64,000 bases of DNA, taken from NCBI GenBank assembly GCA_963693365.1, contig CAVNZM010000001.1:4170907-4234906 (forward strand), in the 5' to 3' direction. How positions within the stretch are numbered: the stretch's first letter is position 1; every line of letters begins with the position of its first letter. Positions 36,079 to 49,969 of the stretch are shown piece by piece. A model generated the notes under the pieces. It was given only the letters and a program-made list of their open reading frames with translations, had not been told where the DNA came from and ran no database searches. The DNA is from Amoebidium appalachense. Lineage: Eukaryota > Protista > Ichthyosporea. Position numbers and translations under genes: made by a program.

Positions 36079-37223
36079 GTAAGTTGACTCTGCCGATGTG
36101 GTTGGGTCCTCATTGAAATGGCGGGCTGAGTCTGGATATATACACAGTCTGTGGAATTCTTGTTGGCACTGTCTGTTTTTATTGAAACCGGTGGTCGCCG
36201 AGTTAATCTTTCTGCAAATCTTCCTGAAAAGCCCGGCAGGCTCACTTGCATATGCCCACACAGTAGCAATTATGCACCACCATGCAATCTGCAGTTGCAC
36301 AATGTGTTCATCAACTGTGTGCATCGGCTACACAAAGGCCAGCCAATGGCTTTTCAAAATCAAGAACATTCATCACCAAACTTGAGCCAACCACAACTTA
36401 CTTGCATATGCACGAGCTTTCACACCCACTCAAAATGTGCACACTTTCCCCCTACCATATCCAATCAAACTGACCACAAACACTACCATATTTAGTGATT
36501 TAGCACTTATACAGGCTCTTTACAAATGAAACATCCTGTGCACTGACCATCTTTGGGGGCCAGAGGGTGGTGGTTGGCCGGTCCCCTTTTTCCTCCCTCA
36601 ACCCCCCCCCACCCCCCCCCCCCCCTTCCGCTCTGTGCTCCCGCCGTGCCTGAAATTACCACATTAGAGAAGTGATTGGAATCACCATGGAACAATGATT
36701 ACCATTACTCTCCTTTCCCCTTCATCTCTCCCTCTACCCAACCTCCTGGCCCCTTCCCCCCTGCCCCCCCTCCTCCCCCCCCCCTCCCCCTCCACCCAAA
36801 GGCCACCCCTGTCCCTCCTCATCCCCTCTTCGGATCCCCTCCTGCTTTCAAATCATGCTCCGGAGCAGAAGAACTTGTGTAGTGCAAGGGCGTTTTTGGT
36901 TGTAAATGATCCACGTGTGCACAGCGTGTTTACCGTACGACCATCGTGTGTGAGATCATGTGCACACGCTTCTGCTTGCATTTCAGTGTGTGTGCCCCTG
37001 TGTGTAGTAAGGCTATAGTTGAACAGTTTGACATAAACCCAACACACAAGGTCAAAAACAGCGTGCGCACGGGCACCCATGATGCAGGGATACCGGAAAT
37101 GGCACGGGTGGGCGGAGTGTGCGTATGGGCACACATGCAGCAGTGTCCTCTTGCGCATATGCGTTTGTGCGCATGTGCACACATAAGATGCAGACTGTAA
37201 CGCTCACGTGCCATCTGCACAAA

Positions 37224-37363
37224 TGCACACATGCACACATGCACACATGCACACATGCACACATGCACACATGCACACACGCACACATGCACACATGCAC
37301 ACATGCACATGCACACATGCACACATGCACACATGCACACATGCACACATGCACACACATGCA
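37224..37363. repeat. (GCACACAT)n 8-bp minisatellite
   Basis: Directly visible tandem array. Confidence 0.9.
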
Positions 37364-37649
37364 CAAAAAGCATCTAGTGATTCACACCATGTGCCAGTTT
37401 GCGGGCGCATAACCTTAGGGGCAAAGCTATTGGTTTTTGTGATGATGGCACACTTAAACATGCTAGAAAGGGAGTTCGGTTAAGTCCTGGATTGTTTTAC
37501 TGTGCCACAACACCCCCCCATTACTCAGCAATGATTATTACCAAAAAGTCATGGGGTTTTCTCGAGCTCCCCGGGGCAGTGGGTCACTCATTTGTTGGTG
37601 AACAAATTTGGTCAGTGGATGGATTGCATAGAAGAGTTAAGGAAGGGAT

Positions 37650-37692
<43 letters not shown>

Positions 37693-38392
37693 AGTTAGCT
37701 GGCACCCACTGCTCTGAGTACCATGGTGATAGAGATGAACCTTGGAATTCAACCTCCTCCCTCCCCCCCCCCCCCTCCCTTCCCCCCGCCCACCAACCCC
37801 CACCTCCACCCCTTCAACCCCTTACATCTCTTGGATTCCCCAACTTCTTCCATCTCTCTCCCACTAACTCTAGGCTCCCTAGATATCCAACATCCCCCTC
37901 CCCTTCCCCCCCCCCCTCCCCCTTCCCACCTTCCTCCCATCCACCACCTCCCCCCTCCCACGCATCCTTACAAAAACACCATACATTTCATACCATTTGC
38001 AGTCACCGATACGAAGCCCCCCTCCCCCCCCCCTCCCCCCCCCTCTTCAAAGTTACCCCCCGTGGGGGGAGAGAGAGTTTCAAGAGAGGAACCTTTTTTT
38101 TTTTTCGCGGGGGGGGGGGAGGGGGGAGGGGGGAGCTCTTAAAAAGAGTGAGATGGGGGAGGGGGGGCCTAATGAGAGGAAGAGAGGGGGTGAGGGGGGG
38201 GGAAAGAGAATGGGGGAGGGGAAGGAGAGAGAGGGGAGAGGGGGGACTCGAAAGGGAGAGGGGAGAGAGAGAAAGAGAGGGAGGGAGAGGGGGAGAGGGA
38301 AAATGAGAGAGAGAGGGAGGGAGGGAGGGGGGGGGGGGGGGGGGGAGAGGGGGGAGGATCTCCACCTCCCCACACCGTTCTTTTACTGATAC

Positions 38393-38967
38393 CGTCCACC
38401 ATTAAGAATACCCGCCAATAAGAATACGCCAGCGGCCAAGTCGTTTTTTTTCAAGAATATGCACCGCAGCCAGATTTTGGGATGTTCTTAATGGCGGACT
38501 GACCTATGGATCATGCATATGCCCCCCCCCCCCCCCCCCCCCCCTACACACACACACACACCAACCCTCCCCTCCCCATGTCTCTCCCACCCCCCCCCCC
38601 CCTCTCCCCCCCCTTCCCCCCCCTCCCCCCCCCTCTCCCCACGTCCCCACCTCTTTTCCCCCCCTCCTCCCCGTCCAACACACACACCCCAGCCCTCCCC
38701 TCCCAAATGGCATGTCTCCCCCGGCCGGCCCCCCTTCCTCCTCCCCCCCACCCCCCCACCCCCCCCCCCCCCCCCCCGTGCCCTCCTTCCTCCTCCCCCC
38801 TCCCCCCCCCCCCCCCCCGTGCCCTCCTTCCTCCCCCCCCTCCCCCCCCCCCCCCCCCCCCCCCCCCCCGGGGTCCCGAGCCATTTAAGAATATGATGGC
38901 GGCCATGCAGAAACTTTAAGAATATGCACCGCGACCACGTTTTTAGGGGGGTTCTTAATGGCGGACG
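38393..38967. mobile_element. MITE-like element with 16-bp terminal inverted repeats
   Basis: CGTCCACCATTAAGAA (38393-38408) versus TTCTTAATGGCGGACG (38952-38967), one mismatch. Internal AAGAATAT/C subterminal repeats. Related copy near 28.6-29.0 kb. Confidence 0.65.
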
Positions 38968-39072
38968 TCATCTGTATATTTCTACGTATTCATAACGTCG
39001 TTTTTCGATCCCTGGCTATGTATTCGTGTACTTGTGTGCCTATGTGCGCGCAAGGGTGTAAGTGTGTGTGTG

Positions 39073-39125
<53 letters not shown>

Positions 39126-39602
39126 TGTGTGTGTGCACGTGTGTGTATGTGTCACAGTGTACGTGTGGTGTGTGCGTGTGCGGTGTGTATGTGTGTATGT
39201 GTACATACGTGTGTTGATGTGTGTGGTGTGTGTGCGTGCTCCGGGATGCACGTGCGGACCTGTGTGGGTGTGTGTGGAGACTAGTGGCCCGTCGACACCG
39301 GTGGCTCTTCATGATTGGTGCATGTGCACATCTATGGGACGAAATCCGGACCTCAGATGACATGTACCTGTATCAAAGGCTTCTCAGATTTTTTTAATTC
39401 AAGGAAGTGCGTTAAGGAGGGAAGGAGGGGGGGGGGGAGGGGGGGGAGGGGGGAGGGGGAGGGGGGTAACGTTGGGGATTGACTCGAAGCATGCGCATAG
39501 ACTGAGAGGTGGGGGTGGGGGGGGAAGAGTTGCTCGGAGCCTCCGGACAAAGAGAGAGAGAGAGACCCTGAACCCAGGGCACGGTAAGTCGGGCGGCGGC
39601 GG

Positions 39603-39639
<37 letters not shown>

Positions 39640-40381
39640 ATGTGGGGGGGGGGGGGGGGAATTCATTGTCTTCCATATGCATCCGTAAAAATCTAATTTT
39701 GGTGTGACACCGTGTGTCTGTCTGTGTGTGTACTACCGGCACGCGAGTATGTTTGCATGTGTTGTGTGGGTGTTTGTGTGTTTCTCTCCCTCTGTCTCTC
39801 TCTATCTCTCTCTCTAGCTCTCCCTCTCTCTTTCTCAGTGTGTGTGGGTGTATGTGCGTGGTGGTGGTGGGTGGTTATGAATGGGCAGGTGAGTCTCAGA
39901 GGGTGGGTGGGTGTGGTGGTGGTGGTGGGTGGGTGGGTGGGTGGGTGGGGGGTTTCATTCACTTTGGATAATTGGCAACGGAATGTAAAACTTAACAATC
40001 ATTCATTTACTTGTGATATCTCCCTGCAATTCTCATGATATCTTGCCGTAACCACTGTTTCCCCCAAAGCACAAATTTCATTCACTCATGGACGCATGCG
40101 CACATTTATGCACACCACAAAGTACAGTTAAGGCATGTATTGCATTTGATCAAATCGAGCTTCATTTTCATACCTATATCACCACAAGGCTTGATGAGAA
40201 TTTGCCCTGCTACTCACAATCAAACGGTCTGGTATGTGTACAGGGACAAGAAAGAAACTTTCAAGTTTGCTTTGTATATCACAAACTATCATCACCACCG
40301 AAGCCTTTCTAAAGAACACGGATACAAATCATCAAACACAAATACGGGATATTCCAAATTTGATTTGGTGTATTACAACTC

Positions 40382-41851
40382 TCAAAGTGGTGGTAGAGTT
40401 TCGAGCTCCCTTCCACTACCGTTTATTATTGTGTGCGCAAGTGTGAGTGCATCTGATAAATGCCGAGATAACGAAGAGATATTCTCTTCAGGTACACCCA
40501 CCAAATGACTTAAGATTGACTTGGAAAAGTGGTATTTCTTCTTAGCAAGCAAAAAAATGCAGCCACTCTGCAAGCCTATCTTCTTTCCAGCGTACGTCTT
40601 GAACCCCTCCCCATTCATAAACGAGCAGTCGGCATTGTTCCGCACAACGTCAAAAACCGCCTCCAAATCCCGGTAGTTTTGGTATCCCGTTAGCAACTGC
40701 ACCAGCGTGTCTCTCAGTTGCCCTTCGGGTTTCGTCCATACCGCCTCAATGGAAATCGGGTTGGCACCCCGTGTGAACTGGAGCCGTTTTTTCGCAATCT
40801 CTAGTTCTTTCTGCATTTCCAAAGACTGTTTCTTGGCGTTTTCCATTTCCATCCTCATGTTCTCCAACTCCCTCTGCATTTTCGTCTTTTCCCCCTCCAC
40901 CTTCACCACGTAATCCTCCACATCCATTCCCAACATTTCCGCCTTCCTTTCCAAAGCCTGCATGGCTCTCTTTTTCACACTTTCCTTCCGTCTTTTCGCT
41001 CTCTCATTCTTCTCTCTTTCCTCTTCATCCGCCTCCGAATTTCGTTTCATGGCTACCGGAAGTTGCGACCTTTCCTCGAGTTTCTTTGTGTGCATTGCCT
41101 CCCGTTTCTTACGTAAAACCTCTATCTCCTTCTTGTATTTGGGATCAAGGTGCATGGGGATGGGCTTTGCATCCTTCACCAATTTAATCCGTCCATCTTC
41201 CAAATATCGCACATCCTCATCTCTGAAATGCATCTCACACAAGGACAAATCCTTCAAAATGTGGGCAGGCCACAGAAGATTGAGAGGCTTAGAGCCCCTT
41301 CTCTTCACATTCTGTTTCACCTGCTTCGTCTGCTCCAGTGCCCCGATCGCTTGTAGATCACTTTCCCCGCCGTATTCCGCTAGCCCTCTTTCGACAAATT
41401 CCTGCATGCCTTCCAACTCACGTAGATGAGCATCGAGCGTTTCCAAGTTTTCGCTCGGCGGTTCTCCCCCCCCCCCACTCCTTTCTCGTTCCGGTTCTGT
41501 CCCTTCTTGTGGTTCTCGTGGCCTCTCCTCCCCCGTCACATCCCCCTCCCCCTCCCCCTCCCCCTCCCACTGCCGGAGTCTACATTCCTCGCCCTCCACC
41601 CGTTCATTCTCTTCCTCCTTCGCTTCCTCTTTCAGTCTCTCCTCTGCCCTTTTAATCCAGTAAAGAATGCGTTGTTTCTCTTCGTCCACCTCCTTCTTTC
41701 TGCCTATAGTGTTCAGCCACGCTCGACGCCTTGCAATGACGTGGTCTTTCTGGCCGTGGGGAAAGCAAAAAAGCTTGATTTTTCGCGTTGGGTCGCGGGG
41801 TGATGGGATGCCTTGGCTGTTGCTGCAATACCAGGCGGCGCACGTTGGCAT
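40382..41851 (-). CDS. THAP zinc finger + coiled coil + transposase-type HTH protein (ISL2EU/Harbinger-like, no DDE domain seen), 489 aa, intronless
   Basis: THAP signature CAAWYC, LFCFP, RRRAW, LCEMHF, AKP. C-terminal LLTGYQNYRDLEAVFD and ILSHLVGVPEENISSL resemble the region preceding DDE_Tnp_4 in ISL2EU-type transposases. Confidence 0.7.
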   Translation of the reverse strand: MPTCAAWYCSNSQGIPSPRDPTRKIKLFCFPHGQKDHVIARRRAWLNTIGRKKEVDEEKQRILYWIKRAEERLKEEAKEEENERVEGEECRLRQWEGEGEGEGDVTGEERPREPQEGTEPERERSGGGGEPPSENLETLDAHLRELEGMQEFVERGLAEYGGESDLQAIGALEQTKQVKQNVKRRGSKPLNLLWPAHILKDLSLCEMHFRDEDVRYLEDGRIKLVKDAKPIPMHLDPKYKKEIEVLRKKREAMHTKKLEERSQLPVAMKRNSEADEEEREKNERAKRRKESVKKRAMQALERKAEMLGMDVEDYVVKVEGEKTKMQRELENMRMEMENAKKQSLEMQKELEIAKKRLQFTRGANPISIEAVWTKPEGQLRDTLVQLLTGYQNYRDLEAVFDVVRNNADCSFMNGEGFKTYAGKKIGLQSGCIFLLAKKKYHFSKSILSHLVGVPEENISSLSRHLSDALTLAHTIINGSGRELETLPPL

Positions 41852-41942
41852 GTTCGTTGGTGTGTGTGTGTGTACGTACGCGCAAGCGTGCGTACGTCAC
41901 TGTGTATGTGTACGTGGTCCGTGTGTGCGTGCGTGCGCGCGC

Positions 41943-41974
<32 letters not shown>

Positions 41975-42897
41975 ATGTGCGTGCGTATGTGATTGTGTGT
42001 GGGTTGACGGGCGTGTATGTGTGGACGTACTTGTTCATGTGTTTGCAAAGCAACTCCCACACATTTTAAAGCCTATATATCCCTGTATGAGTACTTGTTT
42101 GGCAGGCTTCAGTTACCTAGCTACTGTAGTCGTATTAGAGATAGGCGTAAAGATATGCAACCGCAACAGAGGACGCGCGTATGCACAGTTTGTTTCCGTT
42201 TTGTGTCCGTTTTGTGAACGCAACTGGCCCAGAGATCACAAGTCAATACGAAACTACCCCCTCTTTTTACCCAAATAGAAAACAAAACTTTGGGCCAATC
42301 ACATGTGTGTATTTATTTTAAGATCAGAGCATGAGTTCAGCCCTGGGAAACTTTGTCCCGATGAGCCAGCAAAAGCCAAAAAAGGCTAATCCGGATGTGT
42401 GGGCCGGCCCGGATCCGGGCAGTCACTAGGTGTGCGCTGCCACGTTTACAACTTGCAAAAAAAAAAAAAAATGTACCCCGGGCCTTTGATCTTTATGTAG
42501 TCACTTTGTATGCCACACGTATACTGACCGGTATATAAACCAGCCGGCGTTATTCAGGCTAAAATATATTTTCGGTAGGATCGAATGGAACAGCTGAACC
42601 CTTTCAGTTTGAAAGGGGGGGGGGGGGGGGGGGGGGGGAGAGTAAATATCGGCGTCCCCCCTGGTGGTACCCTCCTCCTCCCCCCCCCCCCCCCCCCCCC
42701 CAGAGGGGGGAGGGACCCACCTAGCCGGTGTGGATGGTGGGCCCCCCCCCCCCCCCCTTCCCCCCCCTACCCCCCGGCATGCGCGTGATTATGGCCGGCC
42801 TCTTTCCCACCCACCAAAGGTTGTAAAAGTCACTTTTTTTCTTTCCTTCTCTTTCGGAGGAATTGCCTCCGTTTTGGCCACTGATGCATATCCCAAG

Positions 42898-42944
<47 letters not shown>

Positions 42945-43001
42945 CCCCCCCCCCCTCACACACACACACACATTCACGCACACACACACACAAACACACG
43001 C

Positions 43002-43039
<38 letters not shown>

Positions 43040-43079
43040 ACGCACACAAACACCCACACACACGTCCGTGCGCGCCCAT

Positions 43080-43149
<70 letters not shown>

Positions 43150-44089
43150 CCCACCCGTTCGTGCCGGTGCTCTTCTTCTGCCGGATGCATTACTTAATCC
43201 CCTCTCTCTCTCTCCCCCTCCCCCTCTCCCCTCCCGCCCCACTCATGATCCGTCCCCCCCCCCCCCCCCCCCCCTCCCCCTGCCCCCCCCCCTCCCTCAC
43301 GCTGCTCATTTACACAAGTACATCGTGTGTGCGTGCGCGTGTGTACATGCATGTACACACGAACACCTACACACAACCCCCCCCGCCCCCCGCCCCCCCA
43401 CACACACACACACGTACACACACATGCAACGGTCAACTATTTCTACGTTATTATGAATTATTGTGGGCAAGGTTATCATGCTCACTGTGCGGTGTTGGTG
43501 TGTTGCAGGGAATGTATGTGTGTGTGTGGTGTGGGTGAATGCATCTGCATGTTCATGTGTATGTCGGGTGCTCCTTGCTCAGTCAAAGTTTTTGCACCTC
43601 ATGTGCGTGAGTGGTAGGTGCGTGTGCAGGTACTTTGTGTGTGTGTGCGCGTGTGTGTGCGCGCGCGGTGTGGTAACTGGAGACGAGTGGGGAAGGGGGG
43701 AGGGGTGGGGGGGAGAGGGACAGGGGCCCCGGGGGGGAGGGGGGGGGGGGGACAGGGGCCCCGAGGGGACCGGGGAGGGGGGGAGAGCGGGGGAGGGGGG
43801 AGGAGACTCCCGAGCATATGACCGTACGGCATATAGCCTGAGTTTCGGGTGATCAAGGACTTCTATTAGTGAGCCTCATTGTTTGTGTTTTGGCATTGAC
43901 AATGTAATACTATGTAAACCGCAGTGATAATAGTACTAATATATCATCAGGTTATCTGATATTAATAGTCAAATGATGGCAGCTTACGGGGGGTGGGTGG
44001 GTCCCCCCCCCCCTCCCCCCGGGGACCCACCCTTCTCAGGTGGGTGGTGGCCCCCCCCCCTCCCCCCTGCTGGCCGGAGGGGTGGGTGG

Positions 44090-44125
<36 letters not shown>

Positions 44126-44905
44126 CCCCCAAAGTTACTACCCCCCTCCCCGTTTCAAACTCAAGAATCCCTTGCATGGGCGCAACCAGAATCATTGCCA
44201 GTCACGTGGGCGAGCGAGCATAGTGCCCAATACTACATGTGCCACTTGAACAATACAGCAGCGTGGCATCATTATGGACGGGTTTGTTGCACAGTGGCAA
44301 CATGATCGTGCGGCGCGCACGCACATGTACATGCATGGACGTACATCAGGTGTACAGTTATCATATTGGTTGTGCACATACACGTGCACACGTCTGCCTG
44401 CGCGATGCATATGGCACATATACAGGTGCCGGCGAAATACTGCCGTTAGCAATTCTTTGAACTGGATGTTATTAGACAGTCATCATTATTATTATACGGT
44501 ATGAACACAGCATCTGCAGCATACTTCTTTATTATAATTTAACAGATACAATACCATGATCAGCAGGTCTGCTGAATACCTACGTATACCATCTACTATG
44601 TGGTCGGTACTCTTTTGGCCTCACGTCGTGGATGTTGAGAAAAGTGTATAAAACAACCAAATTTAGTAGGAATATATAAACGGAATCGACTTCGCTGTGG
44701 TCCTGCAGCCGCGCAGGCCTGTGTTATATGGTATAGTAATCAGACAGTACTGAGGGTGTGTTCTTGATTCTGATAATGAACCCCGGGGTTGGGGGGACTC
44801 CAGTTGTAGTTTTTATCTCCCCCCCACTCCCCCACCCCCCCTCCCCTCCCCTTTGAACAGGTGGTCTGTTGGGTCCCCCTCCCCCTCAGCCCCCCCCCCC
44901 CCCCC

Positions 44906-44940
<35 letters not shown>

Positions 44941-45545
44941 CCCTCCCCCCCCCCCCCCCCCCCCCCCCCCTTCCCCCCTCCTCCCGGGGCCCCACCCCCA
45001 GGCCACCATGCATATGACTATATTGGTAATCAGATAACCCGGTGATCATATAACAGTAGTGCTATGGTTTAGCAGTGGTAACCGTTAACATCATAGTATA
45101 TTCCAAAAACCGTAACAATGGAGCCTATTGCTCGGACAGGACTCTTTGATCACCTGAAACTCAGGCGTGGCACCATACAGTCACAAGAGAGCAGCCCCTC
45201 CCCCCCCCCCCTCCCCCCCCCCCCCCCCCCTCCCCCCCCCTCCCTTCCCTCCCTCCCTCCCCGGGGTCCCCTCACTCCCTTTGCAGGCCTGGGAGGGACT
45301 CGCAACCAGTCTCCCCATGGCCATCGCGTGTACACACACAAACACATACTTTCACCGGATTTTATACCCAGGCGGGGGGCAGGGGGGGGGGGGGGGGGGG
45401 GGGGGGGGGGTACGGTGCTGCTGATGGGAGGGGGAGGAGGGGGGGGCGGGGGGGGGGGGGGGAGGGGGGGGGGATAGTTACCAGTGCCACCCCTCAAAGA
45501 GGGGGGAGGGGGGGGGAGGGGGGGGGGGGGGGGAGGTCGATATTT

Positions 45546-45584
<39 letters not shown>

Positions 45585-46952
45585 CCCTCGCCCCTCCATC
45601 GTGGCACATTTCAAATTTAAAAATCCCATGGCATGTATTCCAGCATCGGGCCGCGGTACCCCATATAATTGGAAAACGTGAACACACAAGCTTGGCTGGT
45701 AGCTTGCTGCGTTATTAGTATTTCAGAGAAGTCAGGCTACCCTTGCACAGTCCCTCCCTCCCCCCCCCCCCACACACACACCGTGTGACACACACACACA
45801 CATGGCAACACACGGAGCTTCCACTTCTGGCCCCTCTGAAAGTTTTAATTATCGGGCAAACCAAGTGCACAAATTGGGACATGCTGCAAATGTATCGTGC
45901 ATGTGTTGCGGGATTACTGATAACTTACATTTTGTTATGTATATATGATTGTTTAAATTGGTGTGGACCCCCCCCCCCGCGCCTCTCTTGTGTTTGTGTT
46001 GCCTCTCCGGCTCTCTCTTTTCAGGGCACACTAGGCAGGTTTTGGAAGGAAAGGAGGCCGAGAGAGGATGGGTGGGTGGGGGGGGGGGGGGGGGGGGGGG
46101 GAGGGGGCACAGGCAGTGGCAATACATCTGACACGCTGGGTACCGGGTAAACTTTACTCAATGATTTATACTATACTAATCATGAAAACAGGCTTTACGC
46201 TTTCTTTTTTCAGCATACATTTTCACTCATGGACCCCCCTACTCCGTTTTCCCTACCACGTCTTCCCCAGCGATAACCAACAGGTTTACACGGCCTATAT
46301 TTTGGGAAACGGTGGGAGCACAGCCCCTCGTGTGCATGTGTGGCTTACTGTGTCTTCCAGCACGGCCACACACTAGACGAGGGGAGCCGCAGGCGCCCCC
46401 AAGCTAAACTTATTACGGATTTATAGGATAACGATACACCCATGCCTCACTTGGGTGGACGCTTAGACAAGGACAAAGATAAAACTACTAAATCAAACTT
46501 AGCCGAATTTAGGAAAATCTATCACAAAGAACCCCTCCAAGCGGGGGGTCTCGCCTGGAAGGGAATCTACATGGGTACGGCGCTCGGCAAGGCTGTTCCA
46601 AATCTCATGCGAAACTGTGTTGCACTGATGCTGCCTTTTGAGCTGCTTGCGCGTTGTAGGCATCACAGCGCGACCGATTGGTTGCCTCCGACCGCGTATG
46701 CTTGTGTTGCCGTCCTTGTGCAGGGTTGAAGTGAAAATTATCGAACATCAAATATCGCTTGATTTGACCGGTGAGATGCAGGAACCAGCGGGGCTTGCCA
46801 TGTGCAAGGTCGCCAGGAAGGGCCTCGGGAGCCTTAGGTCGGCGCGGTCCATAGTACATGGCCAGTTGGGGCACATCCATCTCCTGTGGTTTACACGAGT
46901 CAATGTTTGGTTTACAGGAGTACGGGACTCAAAAGGGTTGGGTTTTTTCTTT

Positions 46953-46992
<40 letters not shown>

Positions 46993-47458
46993 GTTGGTTG
47001 GTTGGTTGGTTGGTTGGTTGGTTGGGGGGGGGGGGGGGGGGGGGGGGGGGATACCGGGGAGGGGGTATTTTTAGTCGGATCATCTGCGGTCAAGGTTGAA
47101 TGAGTGTCTGGGTGGGGATGTTGGGTATGGGGACTTTTTTTTTTTTTTTTTTTGTGGGGGGGAGAGGGGGAGAGGGGGGATAGTGTAAAGTGCAATTGTG
47201 GCTTGTGTGAGAGGATGTGTGCGAGCCTGCATACGTGTACACATGTGCATGTATATGCATACATACATGATGTATGCTATGTGTGACGTGTATGTGTGTG
47301 TGTCTCTCTCTCCCTCTATCTCTCTCTGTGTGTATGTCTGTCTGTGTGTGTATGTGTGTGTGTGCGTGTGTGTGCTTCCAAGTGTGTCTGTTTGTGTGTG
47401 TTTTTCAGGATGTGCGCATGCGCGTGCGAGGCATGTGCATGTGTGTACGTGTGTGTGT

Positions 47459-47529
<71 letters not shown>

Positions 47530-47551
47530 CACGCGCTTTCAGGTGTATGTA

Positions 47552-47670
<119 letters not shown>

Positions 47671-47754
47671 ACCTCACCCACCCTTCGACCATCAAAAGGA
47701 AAAAAGGAGGGAAAAAAGAAAAGAAAAGGGAAAAGAAACTATGTCCTTCTGCCC

Positions 47755-47802
<48 letters not shown>

Positions 47803-48002
47803 CCCTCCACCCCCCCCTTCTCCCCTCCCTCCCAAACAAACACCTTCCCTCTCTCATCCCCCCTCCCAAAAAGTCAAAAAGTAAAACAAAAAATACACAC
47901 ACAAACACGCACACACACGCACGGCGTTCATTTACCCTAGGCAATACCATAGGTTGAAAGTGGTTTGTGGGTGATGTGGATTCGGCGAGTGGGTTGTTAG
48001 AA

Positions 48003-48043
<41 letters not shown>

Positions 48044-48938
48044 TCCGTTTGTGTGCGTGCGCGTGGAAGTGTGTAGGTGTACTTGTGTTCTCGTACGTGT
48101 GTGTGTGTGCGCGCACACACGGATGCATGTGTGTGGGGTGTTGGTAGTGTGCTTGATAAAAGTATGCGTGGCTGAGGGCTTACTTTTTCAGCAGCGTTCT
48201 CATCCGATAGTGCAGTCCATGCACCCAGCCTATCCTCTCCGTACAAGTCCTTGCCGTGCTCCCTCTGCACCAACTGCTCGCCTAAGCCACATGGGGTATC
48301 GGATGCAGTCACCAAGGCCCGGAACTGCAGTAATATACAGGATGAGCTCATACATCCACACATAACCAGAAAGGTAGCACCAGCAACCAACTGAAGATGA
48401 AAGGAGTATTGCGCTTGGGCATGGTACCCCATGTGCCCGCCGCCTGCATAAAGAGGGGGGATGAAGGACTGGGGAGGGGAGGGGGAGGGGGGAAGGGGGG
48501 GTATTGGGGGGGGGGGGGGAGGGGGGGCTGGCTCAAGCACTTACCTTGACGGACTCGACGATGTCTGCATGGTCAGATACACCCTCCTTGCGCACAAGCA
48601 TCTTGGAGCTGTAGGCAATGCAGTGGGGGCACGTCATAAAAAGCATCCCCCCCGAGTAGTTGGGAGATTTATGAAGGTGTGGCATTGGCTCTCCCCAGAC
48701 AGCACGGCTGAGACGAGCACCTCTGCAGCTTCATTCAATTTTTTCTGCGTAACATGGGTCAAAATCAGGCAAGCCCATGGGGGGGGGGGGGGGGGGGGGA
48801 GATGTGGGGGGAGGGGGGGGGGGGGGGGGGGGTTGGGGAAAGGGAGACGGAGAGGCAGAATAGCGAGGGAGCCTCAGCCCAGGGAGGAGGGAGGGGGGAG
48901 AGAGGAGGGGTGGGAGGGGAGGGGAGAGAGAGACGGGG

Positions 48939-49272
48939 TGGGGGGGGGGGGGTTTGAATGCGTCAAAAAGTACGAAGTACACAAGAACAAACGGATAACA
49001 CGATGCAGAATGCAAGCCATACATAAAGAGTATGCATAATAAGCAGAGCCCATCCTCAGGGGGGGCCCACGTCATCCACAGTACCCGAGTTTCGACCTAT
49101 TCCCCTCGTTAACGAAACCCAACTCAGATACTGTTTCACTTGAACATGAGTAGGTCACCCGTCTTGATCAGAGACGAGCAGGGTTGCTTATGCAGGCAAG
49201 GGCAGTGGGAAAGGCCGGGGGTTAAAGTTGCAGCAGTAAGCAGAAGCAAGAAAAATATAGATAGGAACTCAG
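48939..49272 (-). mobile_element. Non-autonomous C-tailed retroelement, subfamily A (copy A'), in an intron of the KDZ gene
   Basis: Reverse complement of 56772-57100, apparently identical by eye. Ends GCATTCAAA(C)n. 9-bp target-site duplication GAGACGGGG at 48930-48938 and 49273-49281. Confidence 0.85.
49039..49191 (-). ncRNA. Structured RNA, candidate rearranged hammerhead ribozyme (copy A')
   Basis: AUAAGCA/UGCUUAU closing stem; GUU at 49123-49121; GAAAC at 49093-49089; CUGAGGA at 49059-49053. Confidence 0.65.
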
Positions 49273-49753
49273 GAGACGGGGCTTCTAGGAAGCTCCCCCG
49301 TCGATACCTAAGTCGATACTTCCCTGGCTAACATACTACACCAGCTGAAAAGAATTAAGTCCCGAAGGCCACAGAATTCGTAATCAGAGGGGAAAATATG
49401 AGATTTGACCCACGCCGCAGGGTAGTAACACGCTTACTAGGGCGGAACTTTATCGTCTTCGAACGGAAAGCTATGCCCCCGGATGTCAGCCGGAAATATG
49501 GTATCACCCATTGCTTTGGGCTTGAAAAAAGCCAAACCGATAGTCCGAGTTATGTTACGCCGGCGGGTAACATGCCGCATGGGTTCCAAGGGAGCTGTCG
49601 CCAACAGAGCGGTGTGTGCATGCGTGCGCGTAACGCAATGTGTGAAGTGTGTCTATAGCTATGAAAGGGGGTATGCAGAAGTGGACAGATGAAGTGTGTG
49701 GAGAGAAAAACAGTAAGAAGAAAAGTAGACACCGGTATGTGCAACCCCGCACA

Positions 49754-49788
<35 letters not shown>

Positions 49789-49883
49789 AATAAGCGAAGA
49801 TTACAGGTAATCAACCAGAACAACAAATGACAAGCAAAACAACAGGCGCCAAAAAAAAAAAAAAAAAAAAAAAAAAGGAGGAA

Positions 49884-49969
<86 letters not shown>

